64,000 bases of DNA, from positions 79,546,001-79,610,000 of the forward strand of contig CM060732.1 of assembly GCA_030704615.1 (NCBI GenBank), in the 5' to 3' direction. The notes under the pieces were generated by a model, which was not told the origin of the DNA, ran no database searches, and saw nothing but the letters and a program-made list of their open reading frames with translations. Each line of letters starts with the position of its first letter. Within the stretch, counting starts at the first letter, position 1. Source of the DNA: Takakia lepidozioides (taxonomy: Eukaryota > Plantae > Bryophyta). The position numbers and the translations under genes are program-made. Below, in pieces: positions 10,629 through 22,872 of the stretch.

Positions 10629-12441
10629 AGTTGATGTTGCGGGCAGCTGGAAGATTAGGGGATCCTAGCAAAATAGCGCGGGCAGTGAGCATATGTGCAG
10701 ATGGCACCCCTCTCGTGGGAAGAGTTCCCCATCTGGAAGGCGAAGAGAGATTCGGGTCTTGCAAACGGAATCGGATGCAGATTCCCATAGGGCGGACAGG
10801 GTCAACTTCTCGACGCCACGTGTTCCCTTGGATCAGAGATGGAATTGCGGAACATCCACAGGTGAGGGCTACTCTGCCCCAGACCGGACCCCTGCATCAA
10901 GCACTGTCACTGCAATGGTTGAAGACCAGAACGTGGTGTCGCATATAATCGAGTCTGAGGGCTTGGACGATGTTTGGCATATAGAACGCACAAGTGCTGG
11001 ATCGCGTGTGAAATGCGCGGCGATCAGGGCCACCAATCATGAAAATGTACATCATTAATATCCAGAGGGAAAAAACGCACTGCAGCTCCTACATTCACGG
11101 GTTTGTTTCTCCCTTACGGACAAGGCGAGGCAAAGAACCACAAGTTCTGTTTCTGTGCTGACGATTGTGGGAGATGTGTGCATGGTACAGTGAGGCCTTC
11201 CGTGGTAAGGAAGCCTACTCCACCAACCGTGTGGCCTGTGAAGATGGGCACAGTTCTCACTCACCGAGAGAATCGCAATGCTGGAAGAGGCGGGTTTCTC
11301 CCTAGCCAGACATTCCATTGCACGTGAAGGTGCTTCAAGTGGAAGCGGTTCACGGGTACCTCCGCCTGACGCTCACTTGTGGCCAACCAGACGGAATGGG
11401 AAGTTGGTTCGACGATTCCCTCCAACCGCAGAACACTACGGAAAAATTGAGTCTGCCAGAATGCTTCACGTTCGTGTTGCGGGAACAATGGAAGTGCCTG
11501 ATCCAGGGTATGGTCGGGTCTTCACCATGATCTCATCCGCATCTCCGCTGCAGGACAGGACGTACGAAATCACTGTTTCCAATTTTCCCAATTGTACATG
11601 TCCTGATTTTGTTGGTATGCTTTCAAGTAGTTTGGGAAAGAGAGGGAAGTTCATACCGTGCAAACACCTTTATTTCGTCTTCTTGAGAAGGATGGTTTGT
11701 GATCCAAAGCGGGACTTCTTCATTCACCAAGCCACTATGAGTTTCAACGAAGTCAACACACTTCTACAGCGGGATACAAGCCCATAAAAATCTATGTTTT
11801 CTTGACTACAAACTTGTAATGGAATGACTGTTCAAGTCCAGTGACTCTCAATGTATGTCGTCTAACATCTTTGCTATGCGTGGGTCAATGCATTTGTCGC
11901 ATTGGTTGTCATTCTCTTTTCATTAGCAAACACAAGAAACTACCTTCAGATAGACAGATGATCAAATCAACCTCGTCTCAACACGAGGTTTACTTGAAGT
12001 TCTCCAAATCCTCCTGTGTTGACACAAGGATGATTTTAGTTCTCAGAAAACAACATCGTGTCAACACGAAGTTCATTTTTGTTCCAGGAAAACAACCTCG
12101 TGTTAACACGAGGTTTTGTTGAAGTTCTCCAAATCCCCCTTGTGTCGACACTAGGTTCATTTCAGTTCTACGAAATGAAGCTCCTGTTAACAGAAGGTTG
12201 AACTCCAGGAAAGCCCAAAACCCTTCATCCGTTTCACCTTCATGTGGGGAAATCAGCAGTTGGGGGCTCCACGGTTATAGGCCCACCTTCTTTGTGGTGA
12301 CGTGGCATGACCTGGACCAGGCTCACGCCCCGTCAGCATCAGCGCCATGTCAGCAGCGTGAGCGTAGGCTCACGCCACGTCATCATTGTGTGAGCGTACG
12401 CTCACACGCTCACGCGCCAGGCTCACACGGTAGCGTCGTTG
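10629..12441 (+). mobile_element. Unclassified SWIM zinc-finger element, apparently nested in the 3' LTR of copy A
   Basis: Frameshifted coding region ending in a SWIM motif NCTCPDF...PCKHLYFV (stop at 11787), then a palindrome array and GCTCAC repeats. Abrupt junction into LTR sequence at 12442. Confidence 0.6.
11969..12200. repeat. Six palindromic CCTCGTGTTAACACGAGG-like sites with about 42-bp period
   Basis: Centres at 11979.5, 12020.5, 12062.5, 12104.5, 12146.5 and 12188.5. The copy at 12094-12115 is a perfect 22-bp palindrome. Confidence 0.9.
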
Positions 12442-12666
12442 AGATTTAGGCCCTGGAGTGGTTATCTTCACGGCAAGCGCGGGAGGCTCATCTTTCTCGA
12501 GTTGAGCCTCACCGCGCCTAGCTATGGCGCCGTAGTGTGGATTCCCCATGGCGTGGGGTGCACTTGGCTTGACTTGTATTTGAGTGATGAGGTTATATAT
12601 GCATGAGTTTATGCTTCAGCTTTGTGAGCTCGCATGAGCTTGTGCTTGTATTCTTCTTCTTTATCA
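12442..12666 (+). repeat. Visible part of the 3' LTR of copy A
   Basis: Direct repeat of 2123-2347. Confidence 0.95.
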
Positions 12667-12844
12667 TTGTGTGGACTAATGACTGCCATAGTGGGCAGCA
12701 TAGTGGCAGCCTAGTGACTGACTAGTTGTAGCCTAGTGGTTGGACTAGTGGTTGGACTAGTGGTATACTAGTGTGTGGTGTGCACATGTGTTGTGTGGTT
12801 TTGGACAGCGATGTAGTTGTGTAGCGATATGTATGCGCACGACA

Positions 12845-15800
12845 GGTATGAAGGCTTTGGAGACCTATGATCAAATGATGGGGGAAGGGGTGAAACCCGA
12901 CCACATCACATTTGTGTGCATTTGCAATGCGTGTGCAAGCCTGACAGCTCTGGAAAAAGGCGAAAGAGGTCCATGGCGACATTGTCAGAGCTGCAATTGT
13001 ACCAAGTCCATTTTGAACAATACCCTCGTGGACATGTATGAAGGGAGTGTTTGACAATATGGCTGATTGAGATGTGGTGTCGTGGAGTGCGATGATTGCA
13101 GGATATGCATAGCAAGGGCGCGTGATAGAGGCTTTGGGACCCTCTGAGCAAATGATGTGCGAAGGGGTGAAGCCCAACGACATAACGTTTGTTGCATTGG
13201 CAATGCGTGTGCAAGCCTGGCAGCCCTGGAAAGGTGCAAAGAGGTCCATGGTGACATCGTCAAATCTGGAATTGTACCCGCTGTCATTATGAACACTGCC
13301 CTACTGGATATGTATGTCAAATGTGAGTGCATCGAGGATGCAAAGGGAGTGTTCGACAATATGGCTGAATGAGATGTGGTGTCGTGGAGTGCGATGATTG
13401 TAGGATATGCACAGCAAGGATGCGGGATGGAGGCTTTGGAGACCTATGAGCAATTGATGTGCGAAGGGGTGAAGCCCAACCGCAACACATTTGTTTGTGT
13501 TTGCAATGCATGTGCAAGCCTATGAGCTCTGGAAAAGGGGAAAGAGGTCCATGGTGACATCGTCAAAGCTGGATTTTAACCAGATGTCATCCTGAACACT
13601 GCCCTGGTGGACATGTATGCCAAATGTGGGTGCATGAAAGATGCGAAGGGAGTTTTCAAATGGCTGAACAAGATGTGGTGTCGTGGAACGCGATGCTTGC
13701 AGGGTATGCACAGCACGGGCGTGGGATGGAGGCTTTGGAGACCTATGAGCAAATGATGGGGGAAGGGGTGAAGCCCGACCACATCACATTTGCAATGCGT
13801 GTGCAAGCTTGGCAGCCCTGGAAAAGGGCAAAGAGGTGCATGGTTGCATCGCCAAAGCTGGAACTGTACCAGGTGTGATCCTGAACACTGCCCTGGTGGA
13901 CATGTATGCCAAATGTGGGAGCATTGAGGGTGCAGAGGGAGTGTTCAACAATATGGCTAAACGAGATTTGTTGTCGTGGAACGTGATGCTTGCAAGATAT
14001 GCACATCAAGGCGTGGGATGGAGGACTTGGAGACCTATGAGCAAATGATGGGGGAAGGGGTGAAGCGCGACCACATCACGTTTGTGTGCGTTTGCAGTGC
14101 GTGTGCAAGCCTAGCAGCCCTAAGGGCAAAGAGGTGCATGGTTGCATTGCCAAAGCTGGAATTGTACAGATGTAAACAATACCCTAGTGGACATGTATGC
14201 CAAATATGGGAACAATATGGCTGAACGAGATTTTGTGCATGGAACGCCATGCTTGCAGGGTATGCACAGCAGGGGCGTGGGATGGAGGCCTTGGATCATA
14301 CCTATGAGCAAATGATGGGGGAAGGGGTGAAATGCAACCACATCACGTTTGTGAGCGTTTGCAATGCTTGTGCAAGCCTGGCAGCCCTAGAAAAGGGCAA
14401 AGAGGTCCATGATGGGGAAAGGGGGGAAGCCCGACCACATCACGTTTGTGTGCATTTGTAATGCATGTGCAAGCCACATTCATTTGTGTTTTCAATGTTG
14501 GTGCCAACATGGTGGCCCTGGAGAAGGGCAAAGATATCCATGCTAACATTATCAAAGCTGGAATTTCGTCATACATTAATTGGGAGACTGCCCTTGTTAA
14601 CATGTATGCCAGATATAGGAGTGTAAGGGAGGCCTATCTAGTGTTCAACAATATGGTGGCAAGATATACCAATCATGGTTGTGGTAGGAATGCCTTCGAG
14701 ACATATGATCAACTGATACAGCAAGGGGTGATGCTAGATCAGGTCACATTTGTTTGCATTCTCAAGGCTTGTGCGAGACTGGCAGCCTTGGAAAACGGCA
14801 AAGAGGTCCATGCTGACATATGAAAGCTGGACTTGTACCAAATCTGATTTTGAACAATAGCCTTGTTGACATGTATGCGAAATGCGGGAGCATGAAGGTT
14901 GCAAAGAGAGTATTTGACAACATGGCTGAACGGGATGTGGTGTCGTGGAATGCGATGATCACAGGATATGCCCAGCATGGGTGTGGGATGGAGGCTTTGG
15001 GGACCTATGAGCAAAAGATGCGGAAGCATTCAACAGAATGCCTCAACGATCTTGATCACGTGGAATATAATGTTGGCAGGATTTACCAAGCATGGGTGTG
15101 GTAGGAATGCTTTTGAGACCTATGAGCAGATTTTGCGCAAAGGGGTGAAGCCCAACCACATCAGATTTGTTTGTGTTTGCAGTGCGTGTGCAAGCCTGGC
15201 AGCCCTAGAAAAGGGCAAAGAGGTGCATGGTTGCATCGCCAAAGCTGGAATTGTACCAGATGTGATTCTGAACAATACCCTCGTAGGCATGTATGCCAAA
15301 TGTGGGGGCATCGAGGATGTGGAGGGAGTGTTCAACAATATGGTTGAACGAAATTTGGTGTCATGGAACGCCATGCTTGTAGGATATGCACAGCAGGGGT
15401 GCGGGATGGAGGCCTGGGGGAAGGGGTGAAGCCCGACCACATCACGTTTGTGTGCATTTGCAATGCGTGTGCAAGCTTGGCAGCCCTAGAAAGGTTCATG
15501 GTGACATCGTCAAAGCTGGAATTGTACCAAATGTCATTCTTGACACTGCCCTGGTTCACTTGTATGTGAAATGTGAGTGCAATGAGGATGCAAAGGGAGT
15601 ATTTGACAATATGGCTGAATGAAATGTGGTGTTGTGAAATGCGGTGATCGCAGGATATGCCTAGCATGGTTGTCATAGGGAGGTCCTGCAACTATTTGCA
15701 GGAATGCAAAAGAAATGCTTGAAGCCGGACAGTATCACCTTTATATGTGTTCTCTCTGCCTGCAACCACACTGACCTACTGAATAAAGGAAGATGCTACT

Positions 15801-16394
15801 TCGATTCCCTGAGTGAAGATCATGGTATCAATCTGACAGTAAAGCACTTTGGCTGCATGGTGGACCTTCTTGGACGCGCGGGACAACTGGATGAGGCAAT
15901 GGACCTGATTAATAAAATGCCAATCAATCCAAATGTTGTGGTATGGAAGGCCTTGCTTGGTGCCTGCAAAATCCATGGCAATGTGGAGATGGCTGAATGT
16001 GTGGCAACATACTACAAAGGTGAGAAGAATGATGAAGGTCAGAGGGGTTAGAAAGGAGCCAGATGACAAGTTGCATCCCAACTGGATAAGGAAATCCATG
16101 CTGAGCTGAGAAGATTGTCTGGGCAGATGAAGGAGGCGGGATATGTGCCTGACACCCGCTTTTTATTGCATGATGTGGAGGAAATGAATTTTCTCTTAGC
16201 CACCACAGTGAGAAACTGGCCATTGGTTTTGGGCTGATCAGCACGGCTCATCAAGAATCTTTGAGTGTGTGGAGACTGCCACACCTCCACCAAATTCATC
16301 TCAAAGATTGTTGGCCGAGCAATTGTTGTATGGGACGCTAACTACTTTCCACCACTTTGAAGATGGGATTTGTTCTTGTGGTGATTACTGGTGA
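12845..16394 (+). pseudogene. PLS-E-DYW PPR (C-to-U editing factor type) pseudogene
   Basis: About 10 near-identical P-L-S triplet remnants, then KHFGCMVDLLGRAG, HHSEKLA (16201), KNL*VCGDCH and CSCGDYW* ending at 16394. Many stops and deletions. Confidence 0.95.
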
Positions 16395-17085
16395 ATGGAT
16401 GTTTTCTTGGAAAGATGCTAGTGTCTTGCTTCATTCATTGATCTGTATAGCTACTCAGACCATCCACCATTTCCTGATAGTGGGGTCTAACCAGCATAGG
16501 TAGGAAGTCAGCCCACAATTGCACTTGACTAAAGGGGTGATTTTTTACTGATTCTGGTGACAGTGGAAATCAGATTGTTGTCCTAATTCTGGGTTTGGGT
16601 GGTGGAGCTTCTCCAAGCTTGAAGATGGAAGTGAATATGATTTTTAATGAGCTTGATGAGAGGGGCAGCCCTGTGCACAAGTTTGTTCAGCATCTTAAAT
16701 TTGGACATGTTTGTTTGTTTCTCGTGGTGTGGCTTTGGATGGAGCCCTTGACGAACTTGCATGAATATTGTCAAAAGCTAGCGTTAACCCACCAAGATCC
16801 AACCCCCCGGTGGATGCTTGAAAGTTCATATAGTGAATGTAAGGGTATTTGGGTATGTTGATATTGATTGATGCGGCTTGTGAAAATTGAACATTGAAAT
16901 GCAGATCCGCCATTTTTCTTCCGGAAAAAAACAAAACACAGGATCTCTGCATGTAACACAGTAGGGATGACCCACCTTTTTTTTGTGAAAAATTGAACGA
17001 AGTTCTCAGAATTCGTCGCTAGTAGTGCGGAGCAACGCAAAGCCCTAGTTTCTTAGAATTAGGCACAAGAGAAGAGAAGCACAAT

Positions 17086-17316
17086 TGGCTGGTAGCTCAG
17101 CTGGTAAGTGCACGGTGTGTGTCGCCTTGGTGTTTCGGGGTTCAAACCCGCTGCCCTGCCCCGTGTGTGGGATTGTTTGAGACGGTATGTCTGGGCGTTG
17201 ATCGTCTTGTAGGCCTCATGGCCAATAAATGAAAGTGGGTTAATTTTTCCCCATCCTCAAGGGCTTGAATTGTGGGCTGTCGCTCCCAGGTTTCCTTTAT
17301 TTTATTTTAAAAAAAC
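17086..17316 (+). mobile_element. tRNA-derived SINE
   Basis: Pol III A box TAGCTCAGCTGG (17093-17104), B box GGTTCAAACCC (17139-17149), an unrelated body and a T/A-rich tail. No proper cloverleaf. Confidence 0.7.
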
Positions 17317-17989
17317 ATTTATTTTCTTAAGAATAAAATTACAAAATAGACACCCAATGCCCATGGGCCCTTCCAGGCTCTAGCTACCTTTCATTTCCTT
17401 TGAAACCCTAAAAATGCCCCTCTTTGTTGTACGCGGTGTTCCAAGGCTCAAGCTGGTACAGACAAACCCTCCCTTCGCTCTCACATTTTAGGTGAGTTCA
17501 ATATTGATAGTCCACACTAGTGTAGGCACGTTGGTGCAGGGCTTTGGTCCATTGGTCATTGGGTAGGCATGCTAGTTCAGGGCTTTGATACATTGGTCAT
17601 TGGGTACAATGGTTTTCATATTGGTATGCTGGTGCATGGTGAAATCTCTTATATAATGGTCCTCTTGAGTTGTGGTAGGCTAGTTATTTCCGCACGCATA
17701 TATTTTGTATTGATTTTTGTTCAAAGAAATTTTGATCTTATTACAAACAACAAGAGGCTTGCAAGTTTTTGGTGGAATTTTTGGGCATTAGGCACTTTGG
17801 TCCCATAATTTCCCCACAATTAGGCCAAAATCTGAAAAATTCACAGAATTCATTAGGCACTTTCATTTTGAATTAATTATCGCCTAAACGGTTGTCCAAG
17901 GACGGTATATGTACATAAGACCCTAAAATGGCGGCAGGTTGTTCAAAACGAAACCCTCCTTTAATAATGAATCTTGCACTAGGCCCCTG

Positions 17990-19260
17990 CTTCCTGCCCC
18001 CTGCTTCCTGCCCATACTCGAAGTTGAGATTCTGTAGATGTCACTCTAATATCCTCTCTCATGCTGGAAATCGGAGACGGTGGATGAAGTTGCACTTGCT
18101 TGTTTTCTCTTGGTCTTTTGGTCCATCCCGAGAATGTGCCTTCATTAGTAGTGCCTCGCTCTATCAATTGTGCTGCCGCCGTTGATGTTTCCAGATGATC
18201 ATCTACCCACAGGTTTCTTGTAGCTATTGATTCATATGAAACCAGAAGTAATTTTGTGTTTGAAATCCGGTCCTCTTGGATGAATCCGTCCACCTCTATC
18301 CTGGTCTTTCAGCTATCTCTGCCTGTGTACAAATCATGAATACATCCTTAGCCTCGTTGCTAGCAGCTGACACTGACGGCATGAAGTTCTTCCAGCAAAC
18401 ACCCCAACCCTACTTATTACAGTAGTTCCAATTCTGAATTGCATCGCTTCTCTCTGTAGTCCAACGGGCATTCACCTTTTTGTCTCCATTGTGCCACCAT
18501 TGATGGGGTTGGAAAAATGTTCATTCCAACGCTTCTCCTCATCTCTGTTATCTGTTTTTGGATACTTTCATGCTGCCACATCGGCAGAAACTTGTCAAAG
18601 TCCCCCCAAACCACCACAAATCCACCCCACGAGCTAAGTTATAGAATTCAATATGCATCTTAGGGCCGAGTCTGATGAGAGGGCAAAACAGGCTGAATAG
18701 GTTGAAGAGGAAGGTGCCCTCATCACATTGTCATGGAGGATTTGACTGACCATTAACCCAAAATGACCTCGTGTGTGCTGCTTGTGTCTATAGTCAGGTA
18801 ATGTCGGATTGGTTTGTGAGAACCACCATGGTGCAGCTGAGCAGACATAGATTGAAACACGACCTGCTAGGACCAAGCTGACTCTCCCAAGAACCTTGTA
18901 AGCAAATCATGATACTAACATGAGCCAAGAGCCCACATTTGCAGGATCGACAAACTCCTTCACATCGTACATTAAGAAAAAACTACACACTTGCCACCAC
19001 CGTGAATGATCTTTAAAAAACTCACGCCAGTTCTGCTCCGTGCTCCAAGGTAGAGGTTTGTGCTCGAAAATCCGACAACATGATCAACATTTCGACAATG
19101 TCATTTACAGTCAGTGTCGTGCGGCTGACCCCTGATGCCATAAACGCTTGCAACAATAGGATATGGGTGACGATTTCGTCTTCAATGTCCTTCCCGCATC
19201 ACTTGCTCATATCTCTTCATAGCCTCCATCTCTAACGCTCCCTCTACCAAGCGCTCCCTC
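17990..19260 (-). pseudogene. Decayed gene with a PPR-like motif followed by tandem PDF (OSB-type ssDNA-binding) motifs
   Basis: Minus-strand translations: MEAMKRYEQVMREG (about 19230), NWREFFKDHSRWW (about 19030), NPTLPDYRHK (about 18810), RIHPRGPDFKHKITSGFI*INSYKKP (18288-18211), and DFQH (about 18070). Confidence 0.7.
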
Positions 19261-20099
19261 TCCCAACACTTTGACGAATTTTGGCGAAGGACATACTTAG
19301 TCTTCAACCCTTAGATCCTTTTACATCTTGACGACTACAAAAACTTGACCATAGCACGATCTAACCTCCTACATCCTATGACCTAGAATCCTTGAGAAAG
19401 ATGAAGATATTTAAAAAATGCAACAACCACGCCTAATTCACATCATTTGCCAACCAAAGAGAGACTAAACCCTAATGTTTATGAGTCGCACAAATAACTA
19501 AAATATATTAGAATACTCCACGTCATGAGCCACGTACAACACGGTCATGAGCCCCACGTACAACACTTAGGGAAATTTCATCTTTAAATAGTGTGTGCAA
19601 TGAATGCCTATTTGTTACAGGAGTGCAAGTACAAACGACTATATGTTCACCCCAATTAAAAAATATGAAACTAAATTTATTGGGAATATACGAATTTTGG
19701 TTTTCGAGTCGTTTCTCCGGTGCTTAAAACCACTCCGAATAATTGCGATTTATATTCATTTTTTTTTCCACAAAATAAAGATTACCAAAAAAATGACATC
19801 CAACTCGGCGTTGTTTGTACAACTTCCATGCACGATGAATGCCGCCACAGTGGCATGAAATTATCTTTTACGACTGTCCAGTAGTAAATTTTACTCCTGA
19901 GTAGTGCCCGTAGTGCTTTCGGACACCCAGTCGATTCGGAAAAGACACGATTCCTTCTAGAGGCTCAAATTTGGAGAGCCACTGCTCTACCGCATCAACT
20001 GTACAAACCGACTCTGTACCCGTATATTTTGGTGGACTATAGTCCTTCATAACACTAGTCGTGTGACCTATTTGCATTGTTCCCTAATTGGCTTGTTTG

Positions 20100-20870
20100 T
20101 CCAATCCTAATACTTGGCTAATCTGCGCTATGCTAGCCTTCATACTCTATATTTTCTCTAACACTTGTTTGAACAATACGTAGGAGATTGATTAAATTCG
20201 GGCCTAACCTCCACTAGTGGCCTAAGCCCAACCAACATGCCCAACCTTACTATCCACCTTACATAATGCAATACAGACCTCGTCAAAAACTTTCCCAAAC
20301 CCACCATCATCTTTGGCCACCCAACTGGTGGTACATCACCCTGACTCCCTTGATCTGTCATCTATATCGCTCTGATAACAAATGTAACGATCAAACCTCT
20401 TATGGAAAGTGCTGAACAACTAAGCTACCTTTGAGCAAGAGCATAACCTCCCAACCTTAGAGACCTCTCTTGTCTACTTGCTAAAGAGTACATTATCTCT
20501 TTTGGTGCTAAGATTGCCTTGCTCTCGCAAGACACAGAGTAACCACATTTGATCATCACGCTCTCTCTTACTACTTACTTGTCATTCAGTTCTCTCTATG
20601 TTCTCCTCCCCTAGACTCAGCACCAGATCCCCTTTAAGTACTGTTTGAGGTCTCACCCCTTGCTCTTAAGATATCCAAGCTGTAGCTATTTCTGATATTT
20701 ATTTATTTTCCTGATATTCCTTCATGTTCTTTTATGTTTTATTTATCATTTATTATTGAGCCTACAAAAAAGTGCCAAACATTGTCACTCCAGAAGTACA
20801 GGAGAATTATGACTATTCGACATCTCCACTGAGCCAAGGGAGATCTCCCGATCTATGATTAGAACATAGT
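20100..20870 (-). mobile_element. LTR retrotransposon fragment (LTR, tRNA-Met(i)-type PBS, start of gag)
   Basis: Minus strand reads ...CGTTACA-TT-TGTTATCAGAGC (PBS at 20369-20380, one mismatch to TGGTATCAGAGC), followed by ORF 20361-20158. Outer limits are uncertain. Confidence 0.55.
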
Positions 20871-21602
20871 AAGATAGAAAGACATCCCATTGAGATACGT
20901 CCCAAAATGTCCAAAGTAATTTATTAGAGCATCATCAAACCAAATTTGTACAGCCATTGAGGTCCCTGGCTATGGGCACTAATCAACCATCACCATCCCA
21001 TAGGACCCAAAACCATGTCCTTCGACGCAAACCAATCCTGAACATAGTCTCTATAGAAGCCAATCATTCGAACAGTTCGGCTCCAATGCATCAGCCCTTC
21101 GACAGGACTGTCTTTCTCTGTCTATCATTGTCCTCGAGTCTATCATTTATGCTCTTAAACTTACTTTTTGCTTTACTTGGCTCTAGCCTTTTTTTAGACA
21201 TTTGCCAATCTTGACTTTGCTTAAGTCTATACATATACTTTTTACTGTATATGGCTTTGCTTAAGCCCTTCCTATAATTCTACTATTTATGGCTTGCTTA
21301 AGCCCAGAATTGACCTTTGCTAATCTAGGCTGTGACACAAGTATTTTTGCAGGCCTCTCTCTTTTTTCTCTTAGCAAGCTTCCTTGATAAGAGAGACATA
21401 GGTTGAGACATGCCGGAAAATGAAACCTAAATGAAATAGGAAAAAGCTTGATCCATGGAAAGGCCGAGGAGGTGGAAACCAAGAGCTCCAATGTTACGAG
21501 ATTTGAATGCCTTCTGGTCTAATCCAAATAGAAGTCAGGTAGTTCAATGTTCAAACGACATAAACTTGGAAGATGCAGGGAGAAAAGGAAGGGAAATGTC
21601 CT

Positions 21603-22872
21603 GAAATGAAATGAAATGGTATGGTGCTTTATAACGTCCGCAGAAAGCTCATAGAGCTTATGGGACAAAATGGAACAAAACATGAGAGAGGAAACAAAAC
21701 CACAACCCAAGAATGAGAACTAATGTTCTAAGGGTGAAGGCCTCGTGCAGGTAAGCTACCAAGCATTTCTGATCCTCATAGTGGAAGACCTCAGTGAGAG
21801 ATTGGGTTCCACGGAATAAACAGTGGAATCTCCAACGGATCTCGTAGTATAGAGGGCAGTAGAAGAAGAAGTGTTCTTCAGTTTCAATTTCTAAGCTGCG
21901 CCCTATGCAAGCTGGATAGAGACGGTCCTCCCGATGCAAGGTTTTCCCATCCGCCAGTCTCTATCCGTAGGTTGTGGGAGCCCACCGGCCTGAACCGCCC
22001 CAATGCCCTCAGGAGGGAAGGAGATAAGGATGCTGAAAGGTAATTTGGTCTCAAGATTCTATCATCTCGAAGCACCAAGAATGTCTCTCGATAGAAATGG
22101 AGCTTTGTCGTGAGATTGGGTAGCTTCCAAGTTCTCTTAACATGTAATTCCATAAGCGCTCTCCTAATGAGTCTGTTGCGGTCATGTCTGGATGTGATGT
22201 CCACCCCTTCTGGATTTGTTGGTAATAGGGAAGAAGTAGAGAGCCCGTTGCGCTGAAATAAACTGTCCACTCGATCATACCAGGAGTGCCTGAAACCTGA
22301 AGCTTTGAGCCTCATAGATGTTGCGAGGGCTCTTGCCACGAGCCCCTTGGGAGGAAGGGCCTGTAATCTATGGAGAAAGATTGTAAGCCGGAAGAGGGCC
22401 TCCGTTTGCAATGGTACGCATGCAAACTCTGCACCTAGGATATGAGATGGAGTTGTGCTTCTGGCGCCAAGCATTGCTTGGAGAAAAGATGACTGCAATG
22501 GTTCCAGATTCTTTTCCCACCAGGAGACAGGGACACCAGGTGCCTAGAACTCACAACCATAGATGGTAGCAGGGCTGTCGACAGTGTCAAAAAGCCACTT
22601 TTTGGTTGGGGGGTGACGCAGATGTATTTGTTTGCACTTGGCCTGAAGGCGGACTGAGGCTGCCTTACCTTTAGTCAATCTGTCCAGGGCAGTGGCTGCA
22701 AATTGGAATTTGGGGGAGTGGATAACCAGACCCAGGTACCGGTGTGATTTGACAATCTCAATTTCCTGCTGGTTGAAGATGAATCTACGGTCAGCCTGGC
22801 CATTGAAGACCATGATCTTGGTCTTGCTAAGATTGACCTGCAGCCCATAGTCTTTGGAGAACTCTTCCAAAA
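21603..22872 (-). mobile_element. 5'-truncated LINE (RTE-X-like), C-terminal ORF2 and (CATTT)n tail
   Basis: GLQVNLSKTKIMVF...RYLGL, IYGCEF, SHNLRIETG and a Cys/His motif ETEEHFFFYCPLY. The 3' end is a CATTT microsatellite. Confidence 0.85.

Larger units (their letters stand above)
2021..12844 (+). mobile_element. Ty3/Gypsy LTR retrotransposon, copy A (defective; lacks protease and methyltransferase)
   Basis: TGTC...GACA outer ends flanked by GGTA (2017-2020 and 12845-12848). Excision restores the PPR frame GRGMKALETY. Domain order is gag, RT, RNase H, integrase. Spans the N gap. Confidence 0.9.

Noticed and set aside
9971-10948. Long ORFs spanning 10-11 kb
   Set aside because: Artefacts of translating through the 500-N gap.
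11969-12200. CRISPR array (palindromic repeats with regular spacing)
   Set aside because: Spacers are related to each other and repeats are degenerate. This is a diverged 42-bp tandem unit in eukaryotic DNA.
12845-16394. Stops in the PPR gene repaired by U-to-C RNA editing
   Set aside because: Such editing is organellar. The locus is nuclear and also has frameshifting deletions and a retrotransposon insertion.
17086-17160. Functional tRNA gene
   Set aside because: Acceptor and anticodon stems do not pair convincingly, and it continues into a SINE-like body and tail.
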